From: Eledone cirrhosa
Lineage: Eukaryota
Direction of reading: 5' to 3'
Length of the DNA: 64,000 bases
Assembly (NCBI GenBank): GCA_964016885.1
Contig: OZ024742.1
Coordinates: forward strand, 362,142,001 to 362,206,000
The position numbers and the translations under genes are program-made. The notes beneath the pieces are model-generated. The model was not told the DNA's origin. It ran no database searches and saw nothing but the letters and a program-made list of their open reading frames with translations. This document shows positions 46,688-58,400 of the stretch, in pieces; position 1 is the stretch's first letter, and each line of letters opens with the position of its first letter.

Positions 46688-47143
46688 GGGCGGTAGATTG
46701 GTAGAACCGGTAGAGCGTCGGACAACATGCTTTGTAGCATAGAGGTTTGGCCCTTTATGTTCTGAGGTCAAATCCCGCGAAGGTTAGCTTTGCCTTTCAT
46801 CCTTACTGGGTCGATAAAATAGAGTACCAGTAACGTACTGAGGCCGATTTTATTGACTTTCCTGCCCCCCCCCCAGTTGCCGGCCTTGTGCCTAAATCAG
46901 AAGCCATTATTTAATTATTATTATTATTATTATTATTATTATTGGCAGTTTCGGTAGAGGGTCGGACGCCATGCTTTCCAGCATAGTTACGTCCCTTTAC
47001 GATCTGAGTTCAAATTCCGCCGAGGTTGACTTTGCCTTTCATCCTTACGGGGTCGATAAAATAAAGTACCAGTAATGCACTGGGTAATTACTGGTCTTGT
47101 GCCTAAAGTAGAAACAATTATTATTATTATTATTATTATTATT
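46688..47143 (+). mobile_element. Two tandem tRNA-SINEs with Nin/Deu-like central domain and (TTA)n tails
   Basis: B-box GAGTTCAAATTCC; GCCTTTCATCCTTAC(T/G)GGGTCGATAAAATA.AGTACCAG; copies 46688-46942 and 46943-47143. Confidence 0.75.
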
Positions 47144-49314
47144 ACAGATGCATTTATCTTGCTTTATGTTCATACGAGTTATCACCAAGTCACAACCAGT
47201 GACCTCAAGAGACAACAAGGTCCGCCATTTTCAAGAAAGAACATACATATTCACACATGCATCTTTAGTGTTTAGACTTGTGATGTACTTATATTGACAG
47301 AATCTTCCTTAGTATATGGGCAGTTCCCATTAGTACTATCTTTTGTATTTCTCCTATACGCGGGTTTCCTGGGATTTGCGATAAGTAATCATTAGACCCC
47401 CTAGGTATCATTCCCAGAGCGCCTACAACCACTGGTATTGTTTTAGTTCTCAATTTCCACATTTTTCCAATTTCTATCTCCAGGTCCTTATACTTGCTCA
47501 ATTTTTCAAATGTTTTTATAGATACATTCTTGTCTATTGGAACAGACATATCAATTAGCAGGCATACCCTCTTTTTGAAGTCCTTCATTATTATATCAGG
47601 TCTATTTGCATCTATTTTTCGGTCTGTTTGGATGCTAAAGTTCCACAAGATTGAGATGTGATCTTTTTCAAGTATGGGAGGTGGTTGATGCTCCCACCAA
47701 TTCTTTTGATGGGGCAGGTCAAAATGCTTACACATTATCCAATGTATGTATTGTGCAGCTCTGTCATGCCTGTTTAGGTATTCGGTTGGAGCTATAGGAC
47801 TGCACATTGAAATTATATGGTCAATGGTCTCTGGTTGTTTTTTGCATACACGGCATAATGGGCTGCATCCATTTTTTATTATGTTGGCTTGGTAATTTTT
47901 TGTTGGCAGACAATGATCTTGTGCTGATATAATCAGTCCTTCAGTCTTCGATTTCAGTCCAGAGGATGCCAACCACTGATGGGTTAAAGTTTTGTCAACA
48001 TCAGGATTGTTAGCTCGCTCTGGGTATTTTCCATACAGAGGCTTTTCTTGCCATTTCTTAGCCAGTTTCTGTAGCAGTTCTTTCTTTGCAGTTACTTTTA
48101 CCTGCTTTGCTTTTTCTGTGTTTTCCATTTCAGCAGTAAATGGGACTTCTGAAATTTGTAGTCCATTACTGTATCTTTGTGCATCTTTTGTAATGGAATA
48201 TGATCTTTTGATGCTTTCGTGTTTCAAAACGAGTTTGATCATCCAATCATGTGATTCCCTTAGATATGTAGATAATCCAATTGTTGCAGTTTTCAACGCA
48301 ATGTCTAACTGGATTAACCCACGTCCTCCTTCTTTCCTAGGGAGATATATTCTATCTATATCTGCCTTAGGGTGATGCATTCTGTGCATGGTTAAGAATT
48401 TTCGAATTTTTGTATCGAGCCTACGGATCTCTGTGCTTGACCAGTTGATGACATTGTAACTGTAGGTTACTACTGGTATGGCAAGCGTGTTTATGGCATC
48501 GATCCTATTCCTTGCATTCAATTCCGTTCTTAAGATTGCTCTTACTCTGCGGTAACATTCCTTCCTTATCCTTTCCCTCATTGTCGAGTGCTTGATTCCG
48601 TCTCCTTCACAAACACCTAGATATTTGTAAGTTTTTTCTTGATCAAGTTCTCTTATCACGTTCCCCCGATCAAGATTATTGTCTGAACTCTTCAGCAGCT
48701 TTGGCGCATTTATCTAGTCCAAACTCCATTTTAATGTCATCACTGAACTGCTCCACAGTGGATAATAGCCCTTGCAATTGTTCATCATTTTTTGCAAATA
48801 GTTTCAGGTCATCCATGTAGAACAGGTGATTAATGGTTTTGTCATAGACTTTATATCCATGTTTTGTTTCATTGAGCATTTTACTTAATGGTATAAGTGC
48901 GATGCAGAATAAAAGCGGTGATAAAGAGTCACTCTGAAAAATTCCACAATTAATATTAACTTCTCCAGCTTCCAGTGATTTTGTTTCACTATTCAAAAGG
49001 AGTGTCGTTTTCCATGTCTTCATACTGAATGACAAAAACCTCCTGACAACGGGGGATATTTTGAAAATCTCTAAACATTTTTCAATCCAACTGTGTGGCA
49101 AACTATCGAATGCTTTTTTATAATCTATCCAAGCAATCGATAGATTTTTGTGTCTATTATGACAATCTTCCAGTATCATTTTGTTAACCAGAAGCTGATC
49201 CTTACAGCCATATGAGCCTCGTTTACACCCTTTCTGCTCAATGGGAAATAGGTCATTTGTTATCAGGTGGTCATATGTGTATTCAGTTAGGACTGATGTT
49301 AAAATTTTATACAT
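47144..49314 (-). mobile_element. 5'-truncated R4/Dong-like LINE (RT + CCHC + restriction-like endonuclease), one frame break ~48665
   Basis: WIDYKKAFDS, FYMDD, YKYLG, CRVC..HIISMC, RPD..LIDMSVP; flanked by (TTA)n on both sides. Confidence 0.9.
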
Positions 49315-49546
49315 TATTATTATTATTATTATTGAATGCCATGGTTGACGGAGGCTCGGCTCTGTAAGGTATAGTAATTTTTAACCGTTAAAACAATTGT
49401 AAATTGTTTAAAACTTGAACCAAATTGTTGATAAAGACACCCTCCTCCTCGTGAGAGGGGTCTTTCTGTCCGTTATTTGGCCCTTCGGGGTTAAATAACC
49501 AGTTATTGGGGTTTTGTACCCAGAATTTCATTTTAAACAAAAAAAC

Positions 49547-51640
49547 ATGGCTACCAAAAAGAAATTTCATACGTCACTCCCACTCATTCCGTCTTCTTCT
49601 TCCTCAATCATCACTACAGCAGAGAGAAGATTGTCTCTCTCCCTCCCTTCTTTAAATGTGTCTCTCTCCCTCCCTTCTCTTTCGCAAGCGACGAAAGAAA
49701 AGAAAAGTCTCGTGCAAAGCGTGCAAGGTTTTTCCACGACGACGACGACAGCGACGAAAGAGGTGTGCGGGAAATACGAAAACCCAGTTCATTCGTCTGA
49801 CGTCAGGAATAATAGCAGTAGCAGCCGTAATAACAACAGCAACAGTGACAATGAAAACAACAGTAGCAGCCGCAACAGCATCACCAGCAGCATAAACAAC
49901 AACAGCATTAGCAGCAGCAACACCAACAACAACCACAGCAACAGCGGCGGAGGCAGTAGTCGTAGTACCTGCAGCAACAAAAGTACCAGCAGCTCTGACG
50001 ACAACAACAACAGCAGAGAAAAACCAATCTCATTTGCAGGTATTGCGAAAAACTTGGAAACAATCCTCATAACAAATGAGGAATTAGAGGAAGCGAAGAA
50101 GATGGTGACAAAGAACGGACACCGAGCAATCTGCAAGGCAGCGAAAAATTTTTTCGAAACCCAAGAGCACTGTACGGTCACGTACCGTACAGTAAGTACA
50201 AAATCCCGTAGGGTGGAAAGAGCCACAGAGGCCCAAATACAAAAAGCCTTGGGGTCCGTGTGGCAGAGGAAAACGCACATCACCCGAGGCAAAAAATACG
50301 CCACCGTAGACGTACTTTTTGCCACACCCCAGGAGGCAAAGGCCCAATCAGTAGTGACCCTAAGGAGCGAGGAAATGGTGTTGGTGCCCTCCTACTGCGG
50401 GCAAAAAATTGTGAGGGTCAAACTGACCCACGTCCCCCCCGGAATGACCCCTTCTTGGCTGGCCGCGTCTGTCCTCGTCGGAATCGAGGACAAAACAACT
50501 GTACTGCAAGTACAGAAAAAAGTAAGAGAAGATTGGGTCGGCTCCTCCATTGAGATGCTAATCCAAACCAACCAGGAGTGCATCGAAGCTATCCCGGATG
50601 TGATAGACTTCGATAACGGCACTCAACTGCCCATAAGTGTTGAGGGCAAACGCCCGAAATGCTTTCGCTGTGGATCGAAGACTCACCTCAGGGCCTTCTG
50701 CAACGAGAAGACCCTGAGAAAGGAGAAAACCCCCCTCCTTCCGAATCCGGCTCCACGGCTACCAGCAACAGGACAAGCGGCAACCAGGAACGATAGGTCC
50801 GTGGCACCCATACCCACTCCACGGAAATCAAAGACAGCAGCAGCAGTGGAAATATTAACAACAACAACAGCAATACCAAATGCAGCTGCAACAGAGACTC
50901 CAGTGCAAACATCACCAACAACAACAAGTGAAAGAGTGGAGCTGGTACCCCTCCCCGACCTTACAGAATCAGACATGGAGTGTGAGGTGGGAGAGGGATG
51001 GCAAAAGGTCGTAAGAAGGCACAAACGCAGAAGCAGCGCATCGTCGCCTTTGAAAAGGGAGGAAAGAAATGAGAAAAGGGTAAAGTCTACTGCAAAGAGA
51101 CCCACAGCAGCAACACCACCAACACCATCACCACCCACACCAGCACCACCATCACCACCGGCGACAACCCCACCGCCAACAACACCTTCAACACCACCAC
51201 CACAAGCACCAACATCGCAAACACAACAACAAAACACACACACCCAGCAACAACGACAAGAAAATAGCAGAACCACACCCCACCCCCAGAAAAACAAATG
51301 CACGGCAATAAATACACACAACAAGAAACTAATGACTTACATAATTGAACACACAGACATTTCACAACAGGACTACATAATACCAGCACCAATCAAAACG
51401 CCAACTAACATAAGACTGCTAAAAATAGCACAGAAACAATACACAAATATTAAAACGAAATTCCCCAACGCAGTTGGTGATTTCAGGGACCTAGGAGGAA
51501 CCATCAATCGAAGAGTATACTCAGACATTCTCTTAGAAGAGCCGACGACCAGCCGAAGGGACGATTCAACGGTCCCTTCACCAGACGATCAAGTGAAAAG
51601 GGATGTAAAAACCATCCCTCCTCTACCAAAAGTACGGTAA
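49547..51640 (+). CDS. LINE ORF1 protein (gag-like, CCHC knuckle CFRCGSKTHLRAFC)
   Basis: Open frame from first ATG (MATKKK); zinc knuckle; low-complexity linkers. Confidence 0.88.
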   Translation: MATKKKFHTSLPLIPSSSSSIITTAERRLSLSLPSLNVSLSLPSLSQATKEKKSLVQSVQGFSTTTTTATKEVCGKYENPVHSSDVRNNSSSSRNNNSNSDNENNSSSRNSITSSINNNSISSSNTNNNHSNSGGGSSRSTCSNKSTSSSDDNNNSREKPISFAGIAKNLETILITNEELEEAKKMVTKNGHRAICKAAKNFFETQEHCTVTYRTVSTKSRRVERATEAQIQKALGSVWQRKTHITRGKKYATVDVLFATPQEAKAQSVVTLRSEEMVLVPSYCGQKIVRVKLTHVPPGMTPSWLAASVLVGIEDKTTVLQVQKKVREDWVGSSIEMLIQTNQECIEAIPDVIDFDNGTQLPISVEGKRPKCFRCGSKTHLRAFCNEKTLRKEKTPLLPNPAPRLPATGQAATRNDRSVAPIPTPRKSKTAAAVEILTTTTAIPNAAATETPVQTSPTTTSERVELVPLPDLTESDMECEVGEGWQKVVRRHKRRSSASSPLKREERNEKRVKSTAKRPTAATPPTPSPPTPAPPSPPATTPPPTTPSTPPPQAPTSQTQQQNTHTQQQRQENSRTTPHPQKNKCTAINTHNKKLMTYIIEHTDISQQDYIIPAPIKTPTNIRLLKIAQKQYTNIKTKFPNAVGDFRDLGGTINRRVYSDILLEEPTTSRRDDSTVPSPDDQVKRDVKTIPPLPKVR

Positions 51641-51675
51641 GTGGTCTTTCCCATCTTTTCCACTCTATTTTAAAC

Positions 51676-54600
51676 ATGACCTCACTCAGAATAGGCAGCA
51701 TAAATGCGCGTGGCTTGGGGTCGTCATGGAAGCAGGGTCACCTGCTCAACGACCTCAGGTCACTAAACATAGATGTAGTGGCCATCAGCGAGACCAGAAT
51801 CTCCGAAGCACGGGCCTTCGCACCGATCTTCGGCGGCTACGATGTGTACGCATCTCCCAGCCGTCCTGGATCGGGTGGAGGAGTTGCTGTGCTTTTTCGG
51901 AGAGGTTTGGATCTCGCCATACGGGCCATCTTCCTGGACCCAGAGGGTAAGCTGGTGGTGCTGGACGTGACCAGCGGAGACGGGCAAGCTTTCAGGCTAG
52001 TGGCCGTCTATGCCCCGACAGGAGCAGGGCGGCCTGATTTCTTCCGGCGTCTGGAGAACTTTCTTGGAACGTCCCGCTCTTTAGTGTTAGTGGGCGACTG
52101 GAACGGGATCTTAGATGCACGCTGGGACTGTGTGGGATTAGCGGATAGGGGTGGAGGGTGCAAGAGCCTCACCAACCTGCTCAGGCGTTTTGAACTGTCT
52201 GACAGGTACCGATTGGATTTCCCGAATGTGCCAATGTGGACTTGGACAAACCGCATAGGGTCATCCAGATCATATCTAGATAGAGTATTTTGTAGGGAAA
52301 TAGATAGGTCTAGCATAGGCTGTCCACAATTCAAGATAGTCAGCTACACGGACCACAAATTCGTGATCTGTGTGCTTGACTTAGATAGGCTTCATAGACG
52401 AGGACCCGGCTACTGGAAGCTAAACGCGTCCTTACCAGCGCGCAAGGCCTACAGAGACCGGATTAGCGAACTAGTTAAGCGGGCGTTGACGGGGGCCATC
52501 GTCAACAACAAGTGGTGGTTTGCTCTGAAAAGAGCGATTAGAATAGAATCGATTAGGTTTAGTAAGGCTTTAGCAATAGAGAAAAATAGAGCAGAGGGAG
52601 AACTAGTTAAAAAATTAGACGAGGCGCTTAGCAAAGGCATTGCGACCGACGTGCTTGCGGCGAAATTGGCCCTTGACCAATTCTTCAATGCAAAGCACGA
52701 AGGCTGCGTTGTCAGAGCTAGGGTGCGTGCTCTCAGACACGAGGGGACGAAAGCCGTTCAATGGGCCCGAGTGGCGGAGGCGCGTCGTGGCAACAAAGCC
52801 ACGATCCGGTCTTTGGTGGACCACGACGGGCGCATGCTACTCGATCCCGGGAAAATGTGTGAAGCTTTTCAGCGACACTTCGCTCAGCTGTTCGGGGGCA
52901 GCGGGGGGCCGGGTAGAGGGATGGACTTTAGTGTCTACCTCGACGGACTGCCGCGGCTCTCGGCCACTGAGGCGAAGTGTTGCGAAAAGCCGATAACAGC
53001 CGCTGAAGTAAGGGAGGCAATGACTGGCTGCACAAGGGGTAAATCGCCTGGTTTGGATGGTCTGCCCTATGAACTTTACGTACAGATGCCAGACTTGTTC
53101 GGAGGCCTCTTGGCGGACGTCTACTGCAACTGGCAACAGAACGGGAGAATTCCCAGTTCTGTGAGCCGAGGAGCGGTGGCACTGCTGAGAAAGGATCCGA
53201 ACAAGGGGGATAACATAGACAATTTCCGGCCCATAACTCTGCTAAACACAGAGTTTAAGATTTTGGCCAAGGTGCTAGCAAAGAGGTTGGCGCTTGTCGT
53301 TGGTGGTCTGGTGGGAGAGGCGCAGACATGCGCCATTCCCGACAGATCCATCCACGACAACCTCCACCTCATGCGATACATCGTAGAGAGGGTAGCTAGG
53401 GAACCTGGCACGGGTGGGTCCTTGATCAATTTAGATCAGTCGAAAGCTTTCGATAGGGTCGACCATCGTTACCTAGCGGCAGTCCTGAGGGCGGCTGGCT
53501 TTGGGCCCGTCTTCAGAGGCTGGATCGCTGCCATGCACAGCGACATCTGCTCTGTGGTGAGAGTGAACGGTCACCTGTCGGAACCGTTCAACATCATGCG
53601 CTCGGTCCGCCAAGGATGTCCCCTCTCGTCCCTCTTGTACGTATTGACTCTCGAGCCATTACTGCACAAACTGGAGACGTTGAGGGGAGTCCCGCGCGAA
53701 CTAGGATGCGGAAGATCAGTGTCAGCATATGCGGACGATGTCACCGTAGTGGTGTCGAGCGCCAAACACATCGAGGCGATCGGCACTACACTAAGAGAAT
53801 ACGAAGCGGTGACAGGAGCAATGATCAACCAGGAAAAGTCAGTGGGCCTGCAGCTCGGCACCTGGAGAGGCAGGTCCATGCCGTCCAACAGCGTCGTCGG
53901 ACGCTGGACGGACGGACCGGTTAAATTGCTAGGGGTCTGGTTCGGTCCGGACCTCCAGACGGACAAAAACAGGGACGAGGTGACGAGCAGGGTGGCTTCT
54001 CTCACCCAGAAATGGGCGGAGAGGAAGCTATCCCTGAAAGGTCGAGCGGAGGTGGCTAACGCGTACATCGCGTCCGTCATCTGCTACCGTCTGACCGTCG
54101 TACCTTGTCCTAAGCCTCGCCTGACTGCGCTGGAGCGTTTGCTCTTTCGCTTTTTGTGGAAGGGACGCGCTCCGATGGTCAGGCGGTCCATCTGTTGTCA
54201 ACACCCGCTACGTGGAGGGCTGGGCATGCCGTGGCTGATGATGCGCAGGCACGCGCTCAGGCTACGACATCTCCACCTCTTCCTCGACGGTGATCAGGTG
54301 TGGTCGCCGTTTGCTAGGCGCGTGTTTCCCCAGCTCGTTTCCTTGACGGAGCTGCAGTCCTGGGTCAAGCGAAGACCGAGAGGGAGCGCCTGGAGACTGG
54401 AATGTCTTCAGGCGCTCACAGCCCTCGACCAATCGGGCAATGTAATCGGTGGAAACTCCACCTCGGCGTTCTATAGAGGATTAGTGGAGGGGAAGAGCGA
54501 TGACGTACTTGGGGAAACTCTAGGCGTCGACGAAAATCAACTAGCCAATCTCTTCGGAAGAACTTTCGGGCCAGGGCCTATGGACAACTTCCAGAAATCT

Positions 54601-55095
54601 CTGGCCTGGCAGTGCTACCGAGGAGCCTTGCCAGTTCGGGATAAACTCTACAGGCATGGAGGTGCCGTCAGCCGGGCATGTCCGAGATGCGCGCAGGGCG
54701 ACGAAACCGTCCTGCACGCACTCGTCCAGTGTCCGAAAATTGCTGACTTGTGGGTTTATGTCGAACACCTGCTGTCGCGTTTAGGACGGATCCGGCTATC
54801 ATCTGAGTCCATCGTGAGGATTGCCCCGCCCTCCTCCTTTAGCCGGGAAGGGCAGGCAGTTTTTATCTGCCTGGTGGCCATGGTGAAAGAGATAGTATGG
54901 TGGACACGTTTGAAAGGGCTGAAGACGAGCACTTACCTCTTCGGTGATGCTCTGATTGACTTTTTCAAATTTCATTTGAAAAGGAAAATCAGAGTAGAGA
55001 GGGAAGTGCTCTCTTCCCAGCATTTTGTTGAAAGATGGGTGAGAGAAGCAAGAATGGCCCGAGTGAATGGGCCTACGCTGAGTATATATCTGTAA
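51676..55095 (+). CDS. LINE ORF2 (APE endonuclease, reverse transcriptase, C-terminal CCHC), 1139 aa
   Basis: INARGL, ISETR, VGDWN, SYLDR, TDHK; QGCPLS, YADD; CPRC..HALVQC. Confidence 0.96.
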   Translation: MTSLRIGSINARGLGSSWKQGHLLNDLRSLNIDVVAISETRISEARAFAPIFGGYDVYASPSRPGSGGGVAVLFRRGLDLAIRAIFLDPEGKLVVLDVTSGDGQAFRLVAVYAPTGAGRPDFFRRLENFLGTSRSLVLVGDWNGILDARWDCVGLADRGGGCKSLTNLLRRFELSDRYRLDFPNVPMWTWTNRIGSSRSYLDRVFCREIDRSSIGCPQFKIVSYTDHKFVICVLDLDRLHRRGPGYWKLNASLPARKAYRDRISELVKRALTGAIVNNKWWFALKRAIRIESIRFSKALAIEKNRAEGELVKKLDEALSKGIATDVLAAKLALDQFFNAKHEGCVVRARVRALRHEGTKAVQWARVAEARRGNKATIRSLVDHDGRMLLDPGKMCEAFQRHFAQLFGGSGGPGRGMDFSVYLDGLPRLSATEAKCCEKPITAAEVREAMTGCTRGKSPGLDGLPYELYVQMPDLFGGLLADVYCNWQQNGRIPSSVSRGAVALLRKDPNKGDNIDNFRPITLLNTEFKILAKVLAKRLALVVGGLVGEAQTCAIPDRSIHDNLHLMRYIVERVAREPGTGGSLINLDQSKAFDRVDHRYLAAVLRAAGFGPVFRGWIAAMHSDICSVVRVNGHLSEPFNIMRSVRQGCPLSSLLYVLTLEPLLHKLETLRGVPRELGCGRSVSAYADDVTVVVSSAKHIEAIGTTLREYEAVTGAMINQEKSVGLQLGTWRGRSMPSNSVVGRWTDGPVKLLGVWFGPDLQTDKNRDEVTSRVASLTQKWAERKLSLKGRAEVANAYIASVICYRLTVVPCPKPRLTALERLLFRFLWKGRAPMVRRSICCQHPLRGGLGMPWLMMRRHALRLRHLHLFLDGDQVWSPFARRVFPQLVSLTELQSWVKRRPRGSAWRLECLQALTALDQSGNVIGGNSTSAFYRGLVEGKSDDVLGETLGVDENQLANLFGRTFGPGPMDNFQKSLAWQCYRGALPVRDKLYRHGGAVSRACPRCAQGDETVLHALVQCPKIADLWVYVEHLLSRLGRIRLSSESIVRIAPPSSFSREGQAVFICLVAMVKEIVWWTRLKGLKTSTYLFGDALIDFFKFHLKRKIRVEREVLSSQHFVERWVREARMARVNGPTLSIYL

Positions 55096-55354
55096 ATTAA
55101 AGGTGGAAAACTGGGAGAGGGCACTTGCCTTGGTGGTCAGGGTCATTGTGGCTTTTTACTGGGCTTTCACCACAAATGTCCCTCCGAAGTCTCCCCCCTA
55201 TTGGGGAATTTTTCATTGTTATTTTCATTGTTATTTTTGTTACATCCTCTGTTTTTGTTTTTTACACGCAGAAATGCCCATTTGTACCGTCCTGCATTGT
55301 CCTGCACTGTCCTTAATGTCTACTTTATGTAAACCCTTGTAGTTAATAAAGAAA

Positions 55355-55404
<50 letters not shown>

Positions 55405-58400
55405 GGCGACCTACGTAGGAAATCGTATTATCGTGAGCTCCGCAAAGGTTTGTTATTTCCGTTTTGTTTAAAAATTGCCATTTATGGAAAATTTTATTGT
55501 AAACTGTTTATAAGCACACATACATTGTTTTCCGAAAAGGACACCCAAAATGATTGGGGCCTTGTGCCCAAAATTTAAACTTTTATTATTATCCAAAAAT
55601 TTCTTTGAAAAAAAATGGCTAATTCCCCTCTGCACGAAGCAGCTGAAAGCCTTCCTCACAAAATAACACCTCACACCGACACCACCATTGTAAATGTTAC
55701 TACGTTTGCCAACACAAAAAAAATATAAGCAGTAGCAATATTTTAAATTTATCTCAGGCAGACATTCATTTCCCGCCATTACCAATGACTGCAGGTGTTA
55801 AACCCTCCACCACCACCACCACCGCGACAACCACCACCACCACCACCACCGCGACAACAGAAACAAAAGAAGAAAAAAATAAATTAACTCGTGACGTCGA
55901 AATGAAATCAAGCAAAATGGACTCTTCCCCACCAAAGACGACTGACGTCACCACCACCACAACTGAAATAAAATTAATATTAACGATAGCAACAACAACA
56001 ACAATGACATTATAAAACCAACCCTCAGTTTCGCCATCGTAGCAAAACAATTCGAAGCGTTCACTGTAACTCAAGAAGATTTAGAAAATGCCAAACAAAT
56101 GGTAAAGAAAGATGAGTACAGGGTCAGCCCCCCCCCACCTAATAAAATGGAGCATCGGCGCCTGTGCACCGTGTCGTATAGAACAATAAATGTAAAATCG
56201 CGCCGAGTGGAACGGGCATCCGAGTCCCAAATCCAAAAAGCTTTGGGACATGTGTGGGCAAGAAAAACCCACATCAGACGTGGGCAAAAGTATGGAACCG
56301 TGGATGTGTTCTTTGAAACACAGGAGGAGGCTAGAGAACACTCCATGGCCCCATTAAAAAGTGACGACCTCACACTCGTCCCAAGCTATTGTGGCCAGAG
56401 ACTCGTAAAGATCAGGGTGACCCACGTTCCACCGGCCATCGAAATTCCCTGGCTAATAGCGGCTGTCCTCGCCGGCATCGAAGCCAACACGAAAATAATG
56501 GCAGTAGCAAAAGAAAAGCAGGAAAACTGGTCCGGATCTGGGATGGAGCTCCTGATCCAAGCGGACCAAAAAAGCATTGAGGAGATCCCAGAGGTAATAG
56601 ACCTCACTGACGGCAGCCACCTCACGGTAATTGTCGAGGGCAGAAGACCTAGGTGTGTCGTTTGTGGTGAAGGAACCCACCTAAGGGCTTTCTGCCCTCA
56701 GGCTAAAAGGTTGAGGCCACCTCTCCTACCCACCCCAGTGACACAACCATCAAGACCACCAGTAGCAGAGATGGTAGCAACAACTGTAGCAGCAACAACA
56801 GAAGCAACTATAACAGCAACAACCCCAGCAACAGTAGCAAACCCAACACCACTACCACCACCAGCAAAACCAACACCACCACCACCCAACGCTTCAGAAC
56901 TAGCACCAGCGCCTACACCATCCACCACACCACAACCAAAACTAACGGCTGTGGAGGATTTTCCATTCCCCGGCCTATCACAACTGGAGACAGATTGTGA
57001 CGACGAGGAGTGGGAAACGATATCCGGAAAAAAAATAGAAACCAAAAAAGAAAAAATTCTCTTCCTTTCCCATCCAAAAACAAAATACAGAGGGAAACAA
57101 ATAAACTAAGAAACAAAAAAGTTAGGACAGATATGCCACCATCCACACCAGCATCACAAACCCCATCAACCCAAACACCAACACCATCACCATCATTATC
57201 CCCAGCACCACCATCACCTACACCACAAAAATCACCAAAATGCGAAACAGAAACAAACCCACAACAAACGCAAACAAAACAAAACAACCAAAACGATACA
57301 CACTACACAGCATTAAATTTGAACAACAAGCAATTATTACACTACATCCAACACAACACCAGCATCACAGAAAAAGACTACACAACAACCCCAAAATTCA
57401 CACCACCTCCACACATACAAATCACTCGCATCACACAGAAAACGTACATGACACTAAAACAAAAATTCCCCAAAGACATCGGAGACTTCCGACAAGCACT
57501 CTCCAGGAGGATTTATAAGGACATCCTTCCTGAGGAGGCCACAAGCAGTGAAAAGGATGGAAAAGCCGTCCTTCCCCTACGAGAAGTAAGGTAAGTGGTC
57601 TTTCCCATCTTTTCCACTCCTTTTCAACATGACCTCACTCAGAATAGGCAGCATAAATGCGCGTGGCTTGGGGTCGTCATGGAAGCAGGGCCACCTGCTC
57701 AACGACCTCAGGTCACTAAACATAGATGTAGTGGCCATCAGCGAGACCAGAATCTCCGAAGCACAGGCTTTCGCACCGATCTTCGGCGGCTACGATGTGT
57801 ACGCATCTCCCAGCCGTCCGTGATCGGGGGGAGGAGTTGCTGTGCTTTTTCGGAGAGGTTTGGATCTTGCCATACAGGCCATCTTATGGACCCAGAAGGT
57901 AAGTTGGTGGTGCTGGACGTGACCAGCGGAGACGGGCAAGCTTTCAGGTTAGTGGCCGTCTATGCCCCGACAGGAGCAGGGCGGCCTGATTTCTTCCGGC
58001 GTCTGGAGACCTTTCTTGGAACGTCCCACTCTTTAGTGTTAGTGGGCGACTGGAACGGGATCTTAGATGCACGCTGGGATTATGTGGGATTAGTGGATAG
58101 GGAAGGAGGGTGCAAGAGTCTCACCAACCTGCTCAGACGTTTTGAACTGTCTGACAGGTACCGAATGGATTTCCCGAATGTACCAATGTGGACTTGGACA
58201 AATCGCATAGGGTCATCCAGATCATATCTAGATAGAGTATTTTGTAGGGAAATAAATAGGTCTAGCATAGGCTGTCCACAATTCAAGATAGTCAGCTACA
58301 CGGACCACAAATTCGTGATCTGTGTGCTTGACTTAGATAGGCTTCATAGACGAGGACCCGGCTACTGGAAGTTAAACGCGTCCTTACCAGCGCGCAAGGC

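Larger units (their letters stand above)
49335..55356 (+). mobile_element. Full-length, apparently intact Tx1/L1-clade LINE
   Basis: Two open ORFs; 3' UTR with AATAAA; flanked by (TTA)n on both sides. Confidence 0.93.
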
